A stretch of 64,000 nt of DNA from Candidatus Woesebacteria bacterium (GTDB lineage: Bacteria; Patescibacteriota; Microgenomatia; UBA1400; MFAQ01): NCBI GenBank assembly GCA_035389185.1, contig DAOORK010000001.1:631415-695414 (forward strand), read 5' to 3'. The notes under the pieces are model-generated. The model did no database searches. It saw nothing but the letters and a program-made list of their open reading frames with translations, and was not told where the DNA came from. The stretch's first letter is position 1; every line of letters begins with the position of its first letter. This document shows positions 1-10,027 of the stretch, in pieces. Position numbers and translations under genes: made by a program.

Positions 1-1804
1 GTTGGCTATTTAGCCTGGTAGCAATTGCCTCCTGTTCATCATATAAAGGCTTGTCCTGATCGATCATCCTCTGTTCTGCAGCGCTTAACCACTGATTAGC
101 TTCCATCTTGGAAACGATTGCTGAAATATTAGCAATTCTTACTCCAATTATCTCATTGATTCTATCAACATCAGCTTTGTTTTTTTCGTAGAAATTTGAG
201 TTATTTTTCAGACTTGACCAGCTTGGCTGAATTTCCCGTAGCCTTGATAGGCTTGTTTTCCAAGACTCAATATCCTCTTTCTTGTAGCTTGGGGGAATAT
301 AGCCAGCAGCATGGACAACAATAAGCTGTGTAGGGCATCCGTTTAGGTTGCCTTGGACTTCTGCAACCCCCACATCGTCGAACTTTTTATCAAACCATAC
401 ATTTTTAGCATCCGTTGAATCTCTTTCGAGATAGTCCTCAATTAATTCGTCAGCAGTATAGTAACCCTCTAACGACCATTCCCACACATAGCTATTCCAA
501 TACCCAGCTTTTGACATTGCACTCGAAACGACATCGTAAGAAGCCTGTTGTTGGGTAGCGTTATTCTTTAACAGAGATTCTGCTCGTATTTTCGCAGATT
601 CATCAAGTTTAGGCTCGTATTTTACTGGCGTTGCACCATTTTCTTTGCGTTTTTCGTTAAGTAGCTCGACAAACCTGTTCCTGTCTATTGTCGGTTTTAC
701 CGTGTCTGATAAGTCATTGGTTGCATCGTGCCAGTTCTTATCGAGCTTTCCTTTCTGTTTTTCCAGAGGAAGGACTAGGCGGATGTCTTTTATTGGAGCA
801 AAGCCAATTTCTCTTGAGTCGGAACTACCTTTTCGATTGTCGCCCATAGCAAAAATTGTGTCTTGGGGGACGGTCACTGCCTGACATTCCTTTAGAAACT
901 TTTCTCCGAATGTCGAGCGGGGTTTGGCAATATAAGGCTCTTTTTGTGGTTCGTTATTAAGGTAAACAATACCATCTCTTAGTTCTATTGTGTCTCCAGG
1001 AAGCCCGATGATTCTTTTTAATAGTCCCGCAGGGTTTGCGCCATCTCTACTTGTGAGTTCTCTTGTCGCATCATTTTCCCAGGTGATAATGTCACCTCTA
1101 CCCAGAGTATGTCCTAGATATCTTTTCCCACCAATAACGATGCCATTTGGATAGGGCAAGAAGCCAGCAGTAGTAATAATCTCCTTGGCAAGATCCTTAT
1201 TGCTCTTGCCCTTTGTTCCTTTGTCCCAAGTCGGATACATGGAACCAGTTCCTACGATATTGATATCCTCCGTTATGTAACCGAGCTGGTTCGCAGCCAA
1301 AGCACCAACAGATACATATCCAACAACCCAGATGGGTAAAATAATTGCACAAACCAATACAAGTGCTACTAATTTCGCTAAAACTAGCTTTGGACGCAGG
1401 GATTTCAATAAACCTCTTAATTTCTCTTGTTTTAGCCTCTTTACGATTTCAAGTGGCTTGATGATAACGACCAATAAATAAAGGGGAAGAATGGCAAGGG
1501 CGAAGAATAGTTTGATTAAGAATGCTAGGATATTCTGCTTCTTTTGAGACCTCTTGGATATAAGCTGTGCTGTAAAACCTATCGCGGCGACCAAGAATGC
1601 AAGACAACCAAGTAGAATTAGCCCAAGCAGCGAAAAAGCAAAGACATCAGGTGCTTTATCAAAAAGTTCTTTCCTGATACCCACAACATAGCCCATAATC
1701 GCAAAGACGCCCACAATGCATGCTAACCAGATGAAAATAGAGATCTTGGTAATCCTGTTTAGAAGTTTTCCTTTGTCTAGTTTTAACGATAATTTCTTCG
1801 GCAT
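1..1804 (-). CDS. Membrane-anchored signal peptidase I (S26) fused to a CAP/SCP-like domain; runs off the window edge
   Basis: Not in the ORF track. Translated by hand from ATG 1804 (preceded by TGAGGT): MPKKLSLK..., several TM segments, then S26 motifs GSMYPT, KRIIGLPGD and GDNRKGSSDSR, then a CAP-like segment (LLNEKRKENGATPVKYEPKLDESAKIRAE...FDDVGVA). Open frame to position 2. Confidence 0.8.
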   Translation of the reverse strand, partial: MPKKLSLKLDKGKLLNRITKISIFIWLACIVGVFAIMGYVVGIRKELFDKAPDVFAFSLLGLILLGCLAFLVAAIGFTAQLISKRSQKKQNILAFLIKLFFALAILPLYLLVVIIKPLEIVKRLKQEKLRGLLKSLRPKLVLAKLVALVLVCAIILPIWVVGYVSVGALAANQLGYITEDINIVGTGSMYPTWDKGTKGKSNKDLAKEIITTAGFLPYPNGIVIGGKRYLGHTLGRGDIITWENDATRELTSRDGANPAGLLKRIIGLPGDTIELRDGIVYLNNEPQKEPYIAKPRSTFGEKFLKECQAVTVPQDTIFAMGDNRKGSSDSREIGFAPIKDIRLVLPLEKQKGKLDKNWHDATNDLSDTVKPTIDRNRFVELLNEKRKENGATPVKYEPKLDESAKIRAESLLKNNATQQQASYDVVSSAMSKAGYWNSYVWEWSLEGYYTADELIEDYLERDSTDAKNVWFDKKFDDVGVAEVQGNLNGCPTQLIVVHAAGYIPPSYKKEDIESWKTSLSRLREIQPSWSSLKNNSNFYEKNKADVDRINEIIGVRIANISAIVSKMEANQWLSAAEQRMIDQDKPLYDEQEAIATRLNSQ

Positions 1805-1920
1805 ACCTCAACAAAAGTATACTAAAATCATTAGGAAAAAACACTATTGTGTTTGTCACGACTAGTTTGTCATGGCTAAAATCACGGCATTTTTGATAAA
1901 CTGAATATAAGAAAATTACT

Positions 1921-2874
1921 ATGATTATTCATGCATTTATCTATTTGCTCTCGTTTATTGGTATTTGGGTAGGCTCTGGCTTGGCTATTAAGTCTGTAGA
2001 AAGGCTCTCTCAATCATTAAGGTTATCCTCGTTTGCCGTTTCATTCTTGGTTCTGGGTCTATTTACCTCCATTAGCGAGCTGTCCGTTGGAATTAACTCT
2101 GTCTTAGAGAACGACCCCGAAGTCTATGTAGGAAACCTCATAGGTGCATCAATTGTGCTATTTATGCTAATTGTGCCGCTTCTGGCGATTGTGGGCAATT
2201 CTATTCGTATTACGCCTGAACTTCAGGGTTTTAACTTGCCCGCTTCACTTGTAGTTATTGCTCTTCCAGTGATCTTGGCAATGGATGGAAGGGTAGGAAG
2301 AACAGACAGCATTATTGCCATGGCATTGTTTGGTTTTCTAATGATTAGTATCCAATCAAAACGAGGTTTATTAGAAAAAATAAAAAACATCAACCCACGA
2401 AATGGCGTAAAGGTTGGAAAAGAGCTGTTAAAAATTCTTTTTGGTGTAGCGGTTATTTTTGTTGCCAGTAAATTTGTAGTTGAACAAACTGTTTATTTTT
2501 CCAATTTTTTACATGTTTCTCCGTTCCTCATTAGTTTATTGTTGATAGCTATTGGCACGAATGTGCCTGAATTGTCCCTCGTCATTCGATCTGCATTCGT
2601 GCGTAATCATCAGATTGCTTTTGGTGATTATGTGGGATCTGCCGCTTTCAATACGCTTCTTTTAGGATTATTGACATTCTTTTATGGGAAGCCAGTGCTT
2701 TTGAATAATAGTTATGTAGTCAGCCTACTTTTTCTTATTGTGGGTTTAGTAGCTTTTTATTACTTTGCTAGGACTAAAAATACTATTTCGCGCGTAGAAG
2801 GTTTAGTGTTGTTGGCTTTATATGCCGCTTTTCTATTAACTGAGATTGGTATCCATGGAGGATTGAATTTCTAG
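1921..2874 (+). CDS. Na+/Ca2+ exchanger (CaCA family) membrane protein
   Basis: Two alpha-repeats (TSISEL...GNLIGA; GTNVPEL...GDYVGS), ~10 TM. Its stop shares the CTAG at 2871-2874 with the convergent recombinase. Confidence 0.85.
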   Translation: MIIHAFIYLLSFIGIWVGSGLAIKSVERLSQSLRLSSFAVSFLVLGLFTSISELSVGINSVLENDPEVYVGNLIGASIVLFMLIVPLLAIVGNSIRITPELQGFNLPASLVVIALPVILAMDGRVGRTDSIIAMALFGFLMISIQSKRGLLEKIKNINPRNGVKVGKELLKILFGVAVIFVASKFVVEQTVYFSNFLHVSPFLISLLLIAIGTNVPELSLVIRSAFVRNHQIAFGDYVGSAAFNTLLLGLLTFFYGKPVLLNNSYVVSLLFLIVGLVAFYYFARTKNTISRVEGLVLLALYAAFLLTEIGIHGGLNF

Positions 2875-4424
2875 TTAAGATTTGACAAAAATCGGGTCAC
2901 CTCTTTGTTGGTTAACTCTGGATATTCCAGATAATTTATCCAGTCAGTTGTCCGAAATTGTATCCATTTCTCGAGCCAAGCTTGACGATTGGCATAATTT
3001 AAGATTGTGTCGAATGGTTTTATCGCATCATATCGGACTATTTTGTCTTCCACTCTAAGGTTCGATAGTACGAGCTTGATTAACTGCCTTCTTTCCTCAA
3101 CTTCTGAACTTTTGAACAGCTCATAAGCCCGATTTGACAGTTCTAGCAGGTATTTAGCCGTGATGTAGTAGTTATCTTCGGCTTCTTGAAGCATTCCTAA
3201 GCGAGTAGTTATATCAGCCTTTTGCTCGTGGAATGACTGAAAGAATTTGTCATACTCATCGTCAGTAATACGCCCTTTGAGTTTATCGAGATAAAGGTTA
3301 TCCATCATTTTTGTTAGCGTTTTGTTCTCTTCATTGAGTTTGTCGAGTTGTTTATTGTGAAAGTCCATTTTGTCTTGATGAAGATTGCTGAGATTTCCGA
3401 CTACTTTATCTAAGACCCAATCGGGGATTTGTAATTGCTTAAATACATCGCCTATTTGCTCGGTAATTGTTTCTTCTCTTAGCCAATCAGCCCCGTGTTT
3501 ACCGTTGTATTGGGTGCAATGGTAATAGACGTGTCCTTTGTGTTTTTCTGGGGTTACAGCCAGCCCACAATGACCGCAACGTAGTAATCCTCGATAGATA
3601 TACGGTTTACCTGCATACTTAAAGGGTTTTTTGTTAAAGCTAGCTTTTACCTGTTGAACTTGGTCAAAAAGTTCTTTGGTTATGATAGGTATGTACTTGT
3701 GTTTGTATTGCTTGTTTTTCCAAGTCATTATGCCGTAGTAGAAGTGGTCTTTTAGAATTTTGTCGGTCATTCCCTTTGACCAATCAACCCCGTACTCGGA
3801 TTTTATCTTTTGTCTTAGTAACTCCATTGAGAAGCTACTGGTTGCATACCATTCATAGGCTTTTTGTACTACCTTTGAGGCAAAATCATCGACTACTATT
3901 TCTGTTTTATCTTTACTAATCGGTTCTCGTTTATAACCATAAGAAGGTCGAGAAGGATAAGTACCCATTCGAAGCATCTGTTCTTGGGCTCGTTTTACGT
4001 TATCGCTGATTGCGTCAGAGTAGTATTTGGCTAGCCCGAGGCTAATACTAAAATTAAACTTTTCTACTGCTGATAACTGGCTATTGATGACTTGTCCGTC
4101 CGAAACAAAATGAAGTTCTACCTCGTCTTTTAATGCTTTGTCATAAAGCATACCGACCCGTTTATCAAAAACATTTCGTGATAATCGGTCTACCTTGTCA
4201 AAACATACAGCGATTTTTTCTTTCTGTTCAAGAACATAGTCGAGGATATTATCAAAGTCATTACGCTTAGTCTTGTATGCACTTTCATCAAAGCTAAACT
4301 TTTCTAGTATTGGAAAGCCTTTGTTATTGCAGTATTTCTCAAGCCTAACGATTTGAGCGGGAAGAGAATTGCCAGCATCTTTTTGTTCTTCTGTGCTTAC
4401 TCTGGCAATTATTACTGCTTTCAT
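2871..4424 (-). CDS. Large serine recombinase (LSR1)
   Basis: ARVST catalytic Ser motif, DRLSR, recombinase domain (PSYGY, FYYG), Zn ribbon CGHCG..YYHC, coiled coil. Confidence 0.95.
   Translation of the reverse strand: MKAVIIARVSTEEQKDAGNSLPAQIVRLEKYCNNKGFPILEKFSFDESAYKTKRNDFDNILDYVLEQKEKIAVCFDKVDRLSRNVFDKRVGMLYDKALKDEVELHFVSDGQVINSQLSAVEKFNFSISLGLAKYYSDAISDNVKRAQEQMLRMGTYPSRPSYGYKREPISKDKTEIVVDDFASKVVQKAYEWYATSSFSMELLRQKIKSEYGVDWSKGMTDKILKDHFYYGIMTWKNKQYKHKYIPIITKELFDQVQQVKASFNKKPFKYAGKPYIYRGLLRCGHCGLAVTPEKHKGHVYYHCTQYNGKHGADWLREETITEQIGDVFKQLQIPDWVLDKVVGNLSNLHQDKMDFHNKQLDKLNEENKTLTKMMDNLYLDKLKGRITDDEYDKFFQSFHEQKADITTRLGMLQEAEDNYYITAKYLLELSNRAYELFKSSEVEERRQLIKLVLSNLRVEDKIVRYDAIKPFDTILNYANRQAWLEKWIQFRTTDWINYLEYPELTNKEVTRFLSNLN
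2951..2985. repeat. Attachment-like junction 1, inside the LSR1 3' end
   Basis: GAGCCAAGCT at 2973-2982 is identical to 11028-11037. Both lie at the AWL codons of the two recombinases. Confidence 0.7.
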
Positions 4425-4427
4425 AGC

Positions 4428-5174
4428 TCATTTCTTGACTGGGGCAATTTGTCTTAGGTATGCGTCAAGAATAGCTTGTTTTAAGTTATCCGACTTTGCC
4501 TCGTAACTTGTAAATTCACCTATATTTTCTCTGTTGAAATGAAGTTGTCCTTCACCAACATTGCCCCTGTGTTGACCCGCTGAATAGTATTTATTTGTCG
4601 CTACTTCGGTTGAAGAAAAGACCCAATATCTAATAACATCTCTCCAAACACCCATCCATACAAATACATCGCAACACTTGGGTTTAACTTGTTGGAAGTT
4701 CATATCAAAAGGCATATCCTCATCTTTTGAGAGAGCCTTTATGTATAAGGGTTCGTGACTATTAAAATCAACAGCCCTTGATGCTTTTACTTCGATTGTA
4801 ACGAACTTGTTATCATCTACGTTTAACATAAAGTCGTATTGACCTGCATAGTTGGGGTCGATTTTTTTGGTCGGTTTAACTAAGTCAGGCACTAACTCTT
4901 TCAAATGTCCTTGAGCCCACAATTCCCCAAAACCTCTTGGGGCACTTATCTCGAAGATATGGAGGTACATATTTCTAGCGATATATTCATCTCTCATCAA
5001 GTAATAATCATCAAGGTTAAGTTTCTTTAACCCCAAGAGAGTAGAAATGATAAATTCATACTCGTTAAAAGGATAAACGGACATTAAGTTATCCAGTTTT
5101 TGCCTCAAAACGGCTTCTTCATCCTTGGATAGCTGAGATATTAAGCTGTCTAATTGGTGTTTTAATGATTGCAT
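4428..5174 (-). CDS. Putative PD-(D/E)XK restriction endonuclease
   Basis: E...YDF...IEVKAS motif; lies 2 nt downstream of a DNA methyltransferase gene. Confidence 0.65.
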   Translation of the reverse strand: MQSLKHQLDSLISQLSKDEEAVLRQKLDNLMSVYPFNEYEFIISTLLGLKKLNLDDYYLMRDEYIARNMYLHIFEISAPRGFGELWAQGHLKELVPDLVKPTKKIDPNYAGQYDFMLNVDDNKFVTIEVKASRAVDFNSHEPLYIKALSKDEDMPFDMNFQQVKPKCCDVFVWMGVWRDVIRYWVFSSTEVATNKYYSAGQHRGNVGEGQLHFNRENIGEFTSYEAKSDNLKQAILDAYLRQIAPVKK

Positions 5175-5176
5175 AA

Positions 5177-7126
5177 TTACTTTCTTATTGAATTTTTAAT
5201 ATATTGTTTTTCATCTGTTGTTAGACCAAAGGCATCAAAAACGAACTCATTTAGCTTATCTTCGAGTTTATCCTTTTGAGTACCAGATAACAAATTATCT
5301 ACATCCTTTTCGATTTCGGCAAGAGTTTTATCGTCTATTTGTGGAAAGGGTAATAGTTCAAGGTCGCCTCTTAATACTTTGACCGTATTGAATTTCTTTT
5401 TCCATAAGTATTGAAAGATATTTGAGTTAAGAAAAACCAATACTACTTTTGTCGGGATTTCTGGAATTTTCGGGATGAGTATATTTGCACTATTGAGGGT
5501 TAGAGTTTGCTTATAGTCATAAGCAAAGGCAAGCTCACTTGAAATGAATTTGTAAATCAGCTTCTCCTTCGCTCGATATTTCCATACTGGAGCAACTTGT
5601 TGAAATTCGTCAGGTGTAAATTTGATAAATGAAGTAGCGGGATTAAATGTATATTTCTGTATATCCGAGCCTTTTAGTACCCCCTCATTATTATCTGTTT
5701 TGGTAGTCGAAATAAATTTGCCATTATTACCTGTAACGATACCCAATGCCCAATCTGCATTATCTTTCAATGTAGTGAAACTGTGTTTGTAAATTTTAGC
5801 TATTAACAGTTCGTCTTTTTCAGTAATACTTGTATCAAATGCGAAATCTGAATTATTTATAAATCTGTTCTGCTTGATTTTTGACACAAGTCCATCTTTT
5901 TGCGTAACCTCAATTTCGTTCTGAGCGTCACTTCTTTTTTGAATGGTCAACGTTATTACTGGTGACAACACTTTGCTAAAAACGTTACCTAAATGTTTGA
6001 TGCTTTTTATAGCACTACCCCTTAACAGAAAATCTCTAACATCTCGATGCTGTTTTACCTTTGTAACCGCTTCTGGTAGCACGTAGCAAAGAGAGCCATT
6101 ATCGTTCAATAGACTTAAACCCCTTACTAAAAAGTATGAAAAGGCCTCGTTCGAAATGATATTTGGATAAACCTTTCTCAACATTTCACTTTCTTCTTTT
6201 GAGAAGTGGTAACCCCAAGGTGGATTTGTTGCAATGATGTCAAACCTACCATCAGGGTTTTCTGTGAGGCTGTTTGCTACAAACATATTTGGATAAAAAT
6301 CAATTTCTGGATAGGTTGTTATAAGGTTTATTTTTGCAATCTGTACTGCTATTGGGTCAATATCGTATCCCCATAAAAGTAGCGGGTCAGGGATATACCT
6401 AGAAAAAGCAACAAGAAACTGTCCCGTTCCACAACAGGGGTCGAGAACCTTTGAGCCCTTCTTTATCTGACTAGATAAGTCTTCAACGATACCATCAATT
6501 AGTGTTTTAGGGGTGTAATAAGAACCGCCTTGGGACTTTTTACCCTCGTCGAGCAAGGATTGATATAAAACACCAAGGCTGTCAAAGCTGAACACATCAT
6601 CTACGTTTAGTAATTCTTGAAGGTCAGAAAGATTTATCTTTCCTAGTTTTTCTTCCCATTCAAGTATTACCTTCTTTATATTATTGTTCTTGAATTTAAC
6701 TTCACTTAGGGTTGAAACAAATTTATCGAAGGTCGCTAATTTGGTTTTTTTTAGAACAGAAAGACTGTGAATGAGTAGGGCGGTTTGGAGTGGTACTTGG
6801 TTTTTATTTATCTGTTCGATATAAGACTGTAATAGAGGTAGTTTGTCTTTATGACTTAATTGTTCAATAGGGATAAAGGTAGATTTTGAATTTCTTTTAT
6901 TCGCTCTATTGTTTAGTCGTTCGGTTTTTCCATTATGAATGTCGGTTTTAAGTTGTTCAATTTGTTTCTTTTCTAATAATTTTCCGCTACCCATTGGGGA
7001 ATAAGCCAGTTGACCTGTTTTAATCCAATTCCTTACGGTAGCAGTGGATACACCCAACAGCTCACTAGCCCGAAGAATGTCGAGTAGGTCTGCTTGGTCA
7101 TTTTCAAAAAGGCTAACTTGCTTCAT
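5177..7126 (-). CDS. N6-adenine DNA methyltransferase (gamma class, TaqI/Eco57I-like) with N-terminal HTH
   Basis: GSYYTP, DPCCGTG (SAM binding), NPPW catalytic motif, TaqI-like C-terminal TRD. N-terminus ASELLGVSTATVRNWIKTG is HTH-like. Confidence 0.9.
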   Translation of the reverse strand: MKQVSLFENDQADLLDILRASELLGVSTATVRNWIKTGQLAYSPMGSGKLLEKKQIEQLKTDIHNGKTERLNNRANKRNSKSTFIPIEQLSHKDKLPLLQSYIEQINKNQVPLQTALLIHSLSVLKKTKLATFDKFVSTLSEVKFKNNNIKKVILEWEEKLGKINLSDLQELLNVDDVFSFDSLGVLYQSLLDEGKKSQGGSYYTPKTLIDGIVEDLSSQIKKGSKVLDPCCGTGQFLVAFSRYIPDPLLLWGYDIDPIAVQIAKINLITTYPEIDFYPNMFVANSLTENPDGRFDIIATNPPWGYHFSKEESEMLRKVYPNIISNEAFSYFLVRGLSLLNDNGSLCYVLPEAVTKVKQHRDVRDFLLRGSAIKSIKHLGNVFSKVLSPVITLTIQKRSDAQNEIEVTQKDGLVSKIKQNRFINNSDFAFDTSITEKDELLIAKIYKHSFTTLKDNADWALGIVTGNNGKFISTTKTDNNEGVLKGSDIQKYTFNPATSFIKFTPDEFQQVAPVWKYRAKEKLIYKFISSELAFAYDYKQTLTLNSANILIPKIPEIPTKVVLVFLNSNIFQYLWKKKFNTVKVLRGDLELLPFPQIDDKTLAEIEKDVDNLLSGTQKDKLEDKLNEFVFDAFGLTTDEKQYIKNSIRK

Positions 7127-7307
7127 ATTTCTTTAAGAATTGGGATAAATTATCCTTGCTTATTCTGTATTGTTTGCCAGCTTTGTATGCAATTAAGCGG
7201 TTGGCACGTATCCAACGGTATACGGTCAGATATGCAACTTTGAGGGTCTTGGCCACTTCCTCGATGGAAAAGTATTGCTCGTCAGTCATATAAGTTATAT
7301 TTATCAT
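7113..7307 (-). CDS. Excisionase-type helix-turn-helix protein (HTH_17-like)
   Basis: SIEEVAKTLKVAYLTVYRWIRANRLIAYKAGKQYRI pattern; true start probably at MTDEQ. Confidence 0.85.
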   Translation of the reverse strand: MINITYMTDEQYFSIEEVAKTLKVAYLTVYRWIRANRLIAYKAGKQYRISKDNLSQFLKKYEAS

Positions 7308-8430
7308 TATTTAACATTAACCCTTCAAAATCAACTAGTTTTAATGGTTCAAAACGGGTCAAATGTTCACGGATTACCCCGAGTGGGCTTTTAGTCGTTG
7401 GAAGTTTTATTGTTTTAGCTTCTGCAATCAACCTATACCAACTTCTTTGACCATATTTACCAAACATATTTCTAAGTTCACGAGGGGTTGTGCTATCAAA
7501 TGCCTGCTTTAATCCAAAGAGTTGCATTGTCTTCCGTATACCGATATGAGGATTATTGATTGCAAGGTCTGCTAACAATGAGTTGGAGGTCGTCGGTTTG
7601 TAATCAAATAGGAGTAGCCGCTTGCTCTCTAGCTCATCGAGGTGGTGAAGTAAAATCCGTTGAGCGATTGTTGGGTTAAATAGGTTTTTTAAGGTCAATT
7701 CGGACTGGATACCCAAAGTACGGAATAGCTGTCCTATCTTTTGGCGTTTGTTAAGTCGTACTTCCATTCTCAATACCTCTAGTCGCTTTCTTTCTTTGAA
7801 AGCTTCAAAAAGATTGAGTTGTATGGCGTTATCGCCCTCGATTGCTCGCTTTTCGCTTTTGTTAGCCATTTCAAGGTCTTTTAGCTTGTCATAAAAGGCA
7901 ACCTCGTATGAGTTGCTATGCCATTTGAAGCTATGACCGTCGTTGCGGTAGTCCGTTTGGTTTACATCTAATGCCAATGAGAAATTTGCTTGTTTAATCT
8001 TACCTATAAGCAAGTGAGGAGTTGTACCGTTAGTCAGGGGTATATTTTTGGAGTAATGAATTGCTGAAACAGGGGCATTTTCCAATATGCTCGTAAAGAC
8101 CCCGACACCCATTTCTTTTAGCCTTGACTGTAAAAGTGCGACAACTGGCGTAAAGTCTGTCTCGCCTAATTCGTCAAAGTTGTTTCCGTATAGTAGTTTG
8201 GGTGCTGAAAACTCTATGGCTAAGGTAGCTTCGTGCCTTCCCGTTGTATTAAATCTTTTGGTCATAGTCAATCTTGGTTTATAAATACCGTTTTTCAACT
8301 CTGATTTGGTAGGGTTTTGCACGAGCGTAAAATAACCCCTCAAAGCGTTTTGTGTTTCTTTTTGAAAGTATGTTTTATCCATAACCCAAAACATATCTTT
8401 ACTAAGTGTTAGTCTTATTGTGTCCAACAT
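7282..8430 (-). CDS. Putative rolling-circle replication initiator (phage/plasmid II/X, CRI/Rep_trans-like)
   Basis: MLDTIRL N-terminus, EFSAPK..GNNF, FYDK (candidate catalytic Tyr) and LRMEVRL motifs. Confidence 0.65.
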   Translation of the reverse strand: MLDTIRLTLSKDMFWVMDKTYFQKETQNALRGYFTLVQNPTKSELKNGIYKPRLTMTKRFNTTGRHEATLAIEFSAPKLLYGNNFDELGETDFTPVVALLQSRLKEMGVGVFTSILENAPVSAIHYSKNIPLTNGTTPHLLIGKIKQANFSLALDVNQTDYRNDGHSFKWHSNSYEVAFYDKLKDLEMANKSEKRAIEGDNAIQLNLFEAFKERKRLEVLRMEVRLNKRQKIGQLFRTLGIQSELTLKNLFNPTIAQRILLHHLDELESKRLLLFDYKPTTSNSLLADLAINNPHIGIRKTMQLFGLKQAFDSTTPRELRNMFGKYGQRSWYRLIAEAKTIKLPTTKSPLGVIREHLTRFEPLKLVDFEGLMLNNDKYNLYD

Positions 8431-8695
8431 ACATTTTTGTTACATCTTCAAACTTAGAAATGATTACTTTTTCGATTTCTTCCGCAACTTTTCGGTTAAT
8501 CGGATGAAAGATATTGAAATTACCATTTGCACCTTTGCGAGTGGGGTAGGTCAACCGATACCCGCCTTGCGGTCTGGTATAGATACCGATTGACCCCATA
8601 TAAAAGCTGTCGTTATAGACTAAGCTCGCAAAACCCACTAGACCATCCGTTGGTTTAACTGGCACTACTTGAATTTCGCTTATACGGTTTTGCAT
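8402..8695 (-). CDS. SpoVG-like nucleic-acid-binding protein
   Basis: ISEIQV..GLVGFASLVYND.F..I..LTYP.RK..FNIFHPINR matches the SpoVG pattern. Confidence 0.75.
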   Translation of the reverse strand: MQNRISEIQVVPVKPTDGLVGFASLVYNDSFYMGSIGIYTRPQGGYRLTYPTRKGANGNFNIFHPINRKVAEEIEKVIISKFEDVTKMYVGHNKTNT

Positions 8696-8868
8696 ACTTT
8701 CTCGTTACGTTTTGACCGTCGGTCAATTTGGATAAGTAAGGAAAAGAAGTCGGTTAGTCGTTTTAGCTCATCGGCAGGCAGAATGGGACCTTGTACGGGC
8801 CGTGTTTGCTCTTGTGGTGTTGGTTTGACGACTTCACTCGTTTCCATTGAGCAAAGTCTAGAAAACAC
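8680..8868 (-). CDS. Small hypothetical protein (start uncertain, probably METSE)
   Basis: Overlaps the downstream SpoVG-like gene in operon fashion; helical LTDFFSLLIQIDRR. Confidence 0.5.
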   Translation of the reverse strand: MFSRLCSMETSEVVKPTPQEQTRPVQGPILPADELKRLTDFFSLLIQIDRRSKRNEKVCKTV

Positions 8869-8937
8869 TCGGAGGATTGTCGTTGTGGTAGGGAGAACTA
8901 GGTACTCTTAGGTATAAAAAGGGACAAAAGGGGACGT

Positions 8938-9981
8938 TTAGTGAGGGAGTACTAGCTTACCCCCACCTTTTACAAGCTTGATAAGAGGTTTCTTCATTTC
9001 TTCTAAATCCTTCTTTGTTATCGGATTTCTGAACTCAATAGCATTCTTTGACACGCTAAAGAAAACCTCTTTTGTATCTCCTTCAAAGCCCAGGTTTTCA
9101 ACTATCTTGTGTAGTGATTTAGTTAGTTTTCCTCCTACAGTTTTTTCAATTTCATCTATACCTATTCTTCTATTCGGGTTCTCATATAAGAACGAAAAAA
9201 CTAGGTCATTTTCGCTGTTAAAATCTGGTCTGCCTATTTGGGCGTTATTCATTAAGATTTGCCTCTGTTTGGTATAGGTAATCTCATAAACAACGACAGT
9301 TTCATCAGGGGATTTGTTGGAGGTTTTGTCTTCTTGCTCTTCTTTATTGATATTTATGTTTTTTTGCCCAAAATTGTTTACTTGCTCCAATACCTCAAAA
9401 AATCTTGCTATATTCAGAGTTAAGCCTGACGATAATGTCATATAAGCGGTGGTAAAGTTTTTGACTACGCCTATATTCTTGAGATAAGTTAAGCTTCTTA
9501 TATAGGTATTGATTATGTCGTCTACGTCCTCAGGCTCATAGCCTTCAATTTCTCTGGCTGAAGAAATAAAGTCTATTGCAAGTTTTTCGGATTGGACTAA
9601 CTCTAGTTGTTCCTCAATCAAATGCATTATGTGGCTAATATTCTTAAAGTTTGTTTCCGATAGGTTTTCTATTGTACTTTTTTGCTGGATAAGATACTGA
9701 GCATACCAATCGTCAAATTTCGGATTTATATCAACGAGTAGATAGTCAAGATTTTTAGGCTGTGAGCTAGGTGATAGCAGTCTGTTGTAAATCGGGTTTA
9801 TGGTTAAAATCTTGTTTTCGTATTCGAGCTTAGAAAGTATGTCCTGAACCTCTTCTTTCCCGATTTTTTCTAAGAAATTATCCTCTTTAATATACAGTTT
9901 AGTTGAGTGTTCATTTCGTGAGGCTTTTTTTGCTTCAACTAATGCTTTGAGAATTAAACCAAGTTTTACTTCGTATTTCAT
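8938..9981 (-). CDS. Hypothetical protein, possible C-terminal winged helix
   Basis: 347-aa ORF; the C-terminus (VFSFLYENPNRRIGIDEI) resembles a wHTH. Confidence 0.6.
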   Translation of the reverse strand: MKYEVKLGLILKALVEAKKASRNEHSTKLYIKEDNFLEKIGKEEVQDILSKLEYENKILTINPIYNRLLSPSSQPKNLDYLLVDINPKFDDWYAQYLIQQKSTIENLSETNFKNISHIMHLIEEQLELVQSEKLAIDFISSAREIEGYEPEDVDDIINTYIRSLTYLKNIGVVKNFTTAYMTLSSGLTLNIARFFEVLEQVNNFGQKNININKEEQEDKTSNKSPDETVVVYEITYTKQRQILMNNAQIGRPDFNSENDLVFSFLYENPNRRIGIDEIEKTVGGKLTKSLHKIVENLGFEGDTKEVFFSVSKNAIEFRNPITKKDLEEMKKPLIKLVKGGGKLVLPH

Positions 9982-10027
9982 AGGTCATTACATCTTCAAA
10001 TTTATCTTTGATTATAATTGCTTAATA

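Noticed and set aside
645-1859. Short ORFs 645-884 (+) and 1659-1859 (-)
   Set aside because: Shadows of the long minus-strand signal peptidase frame.
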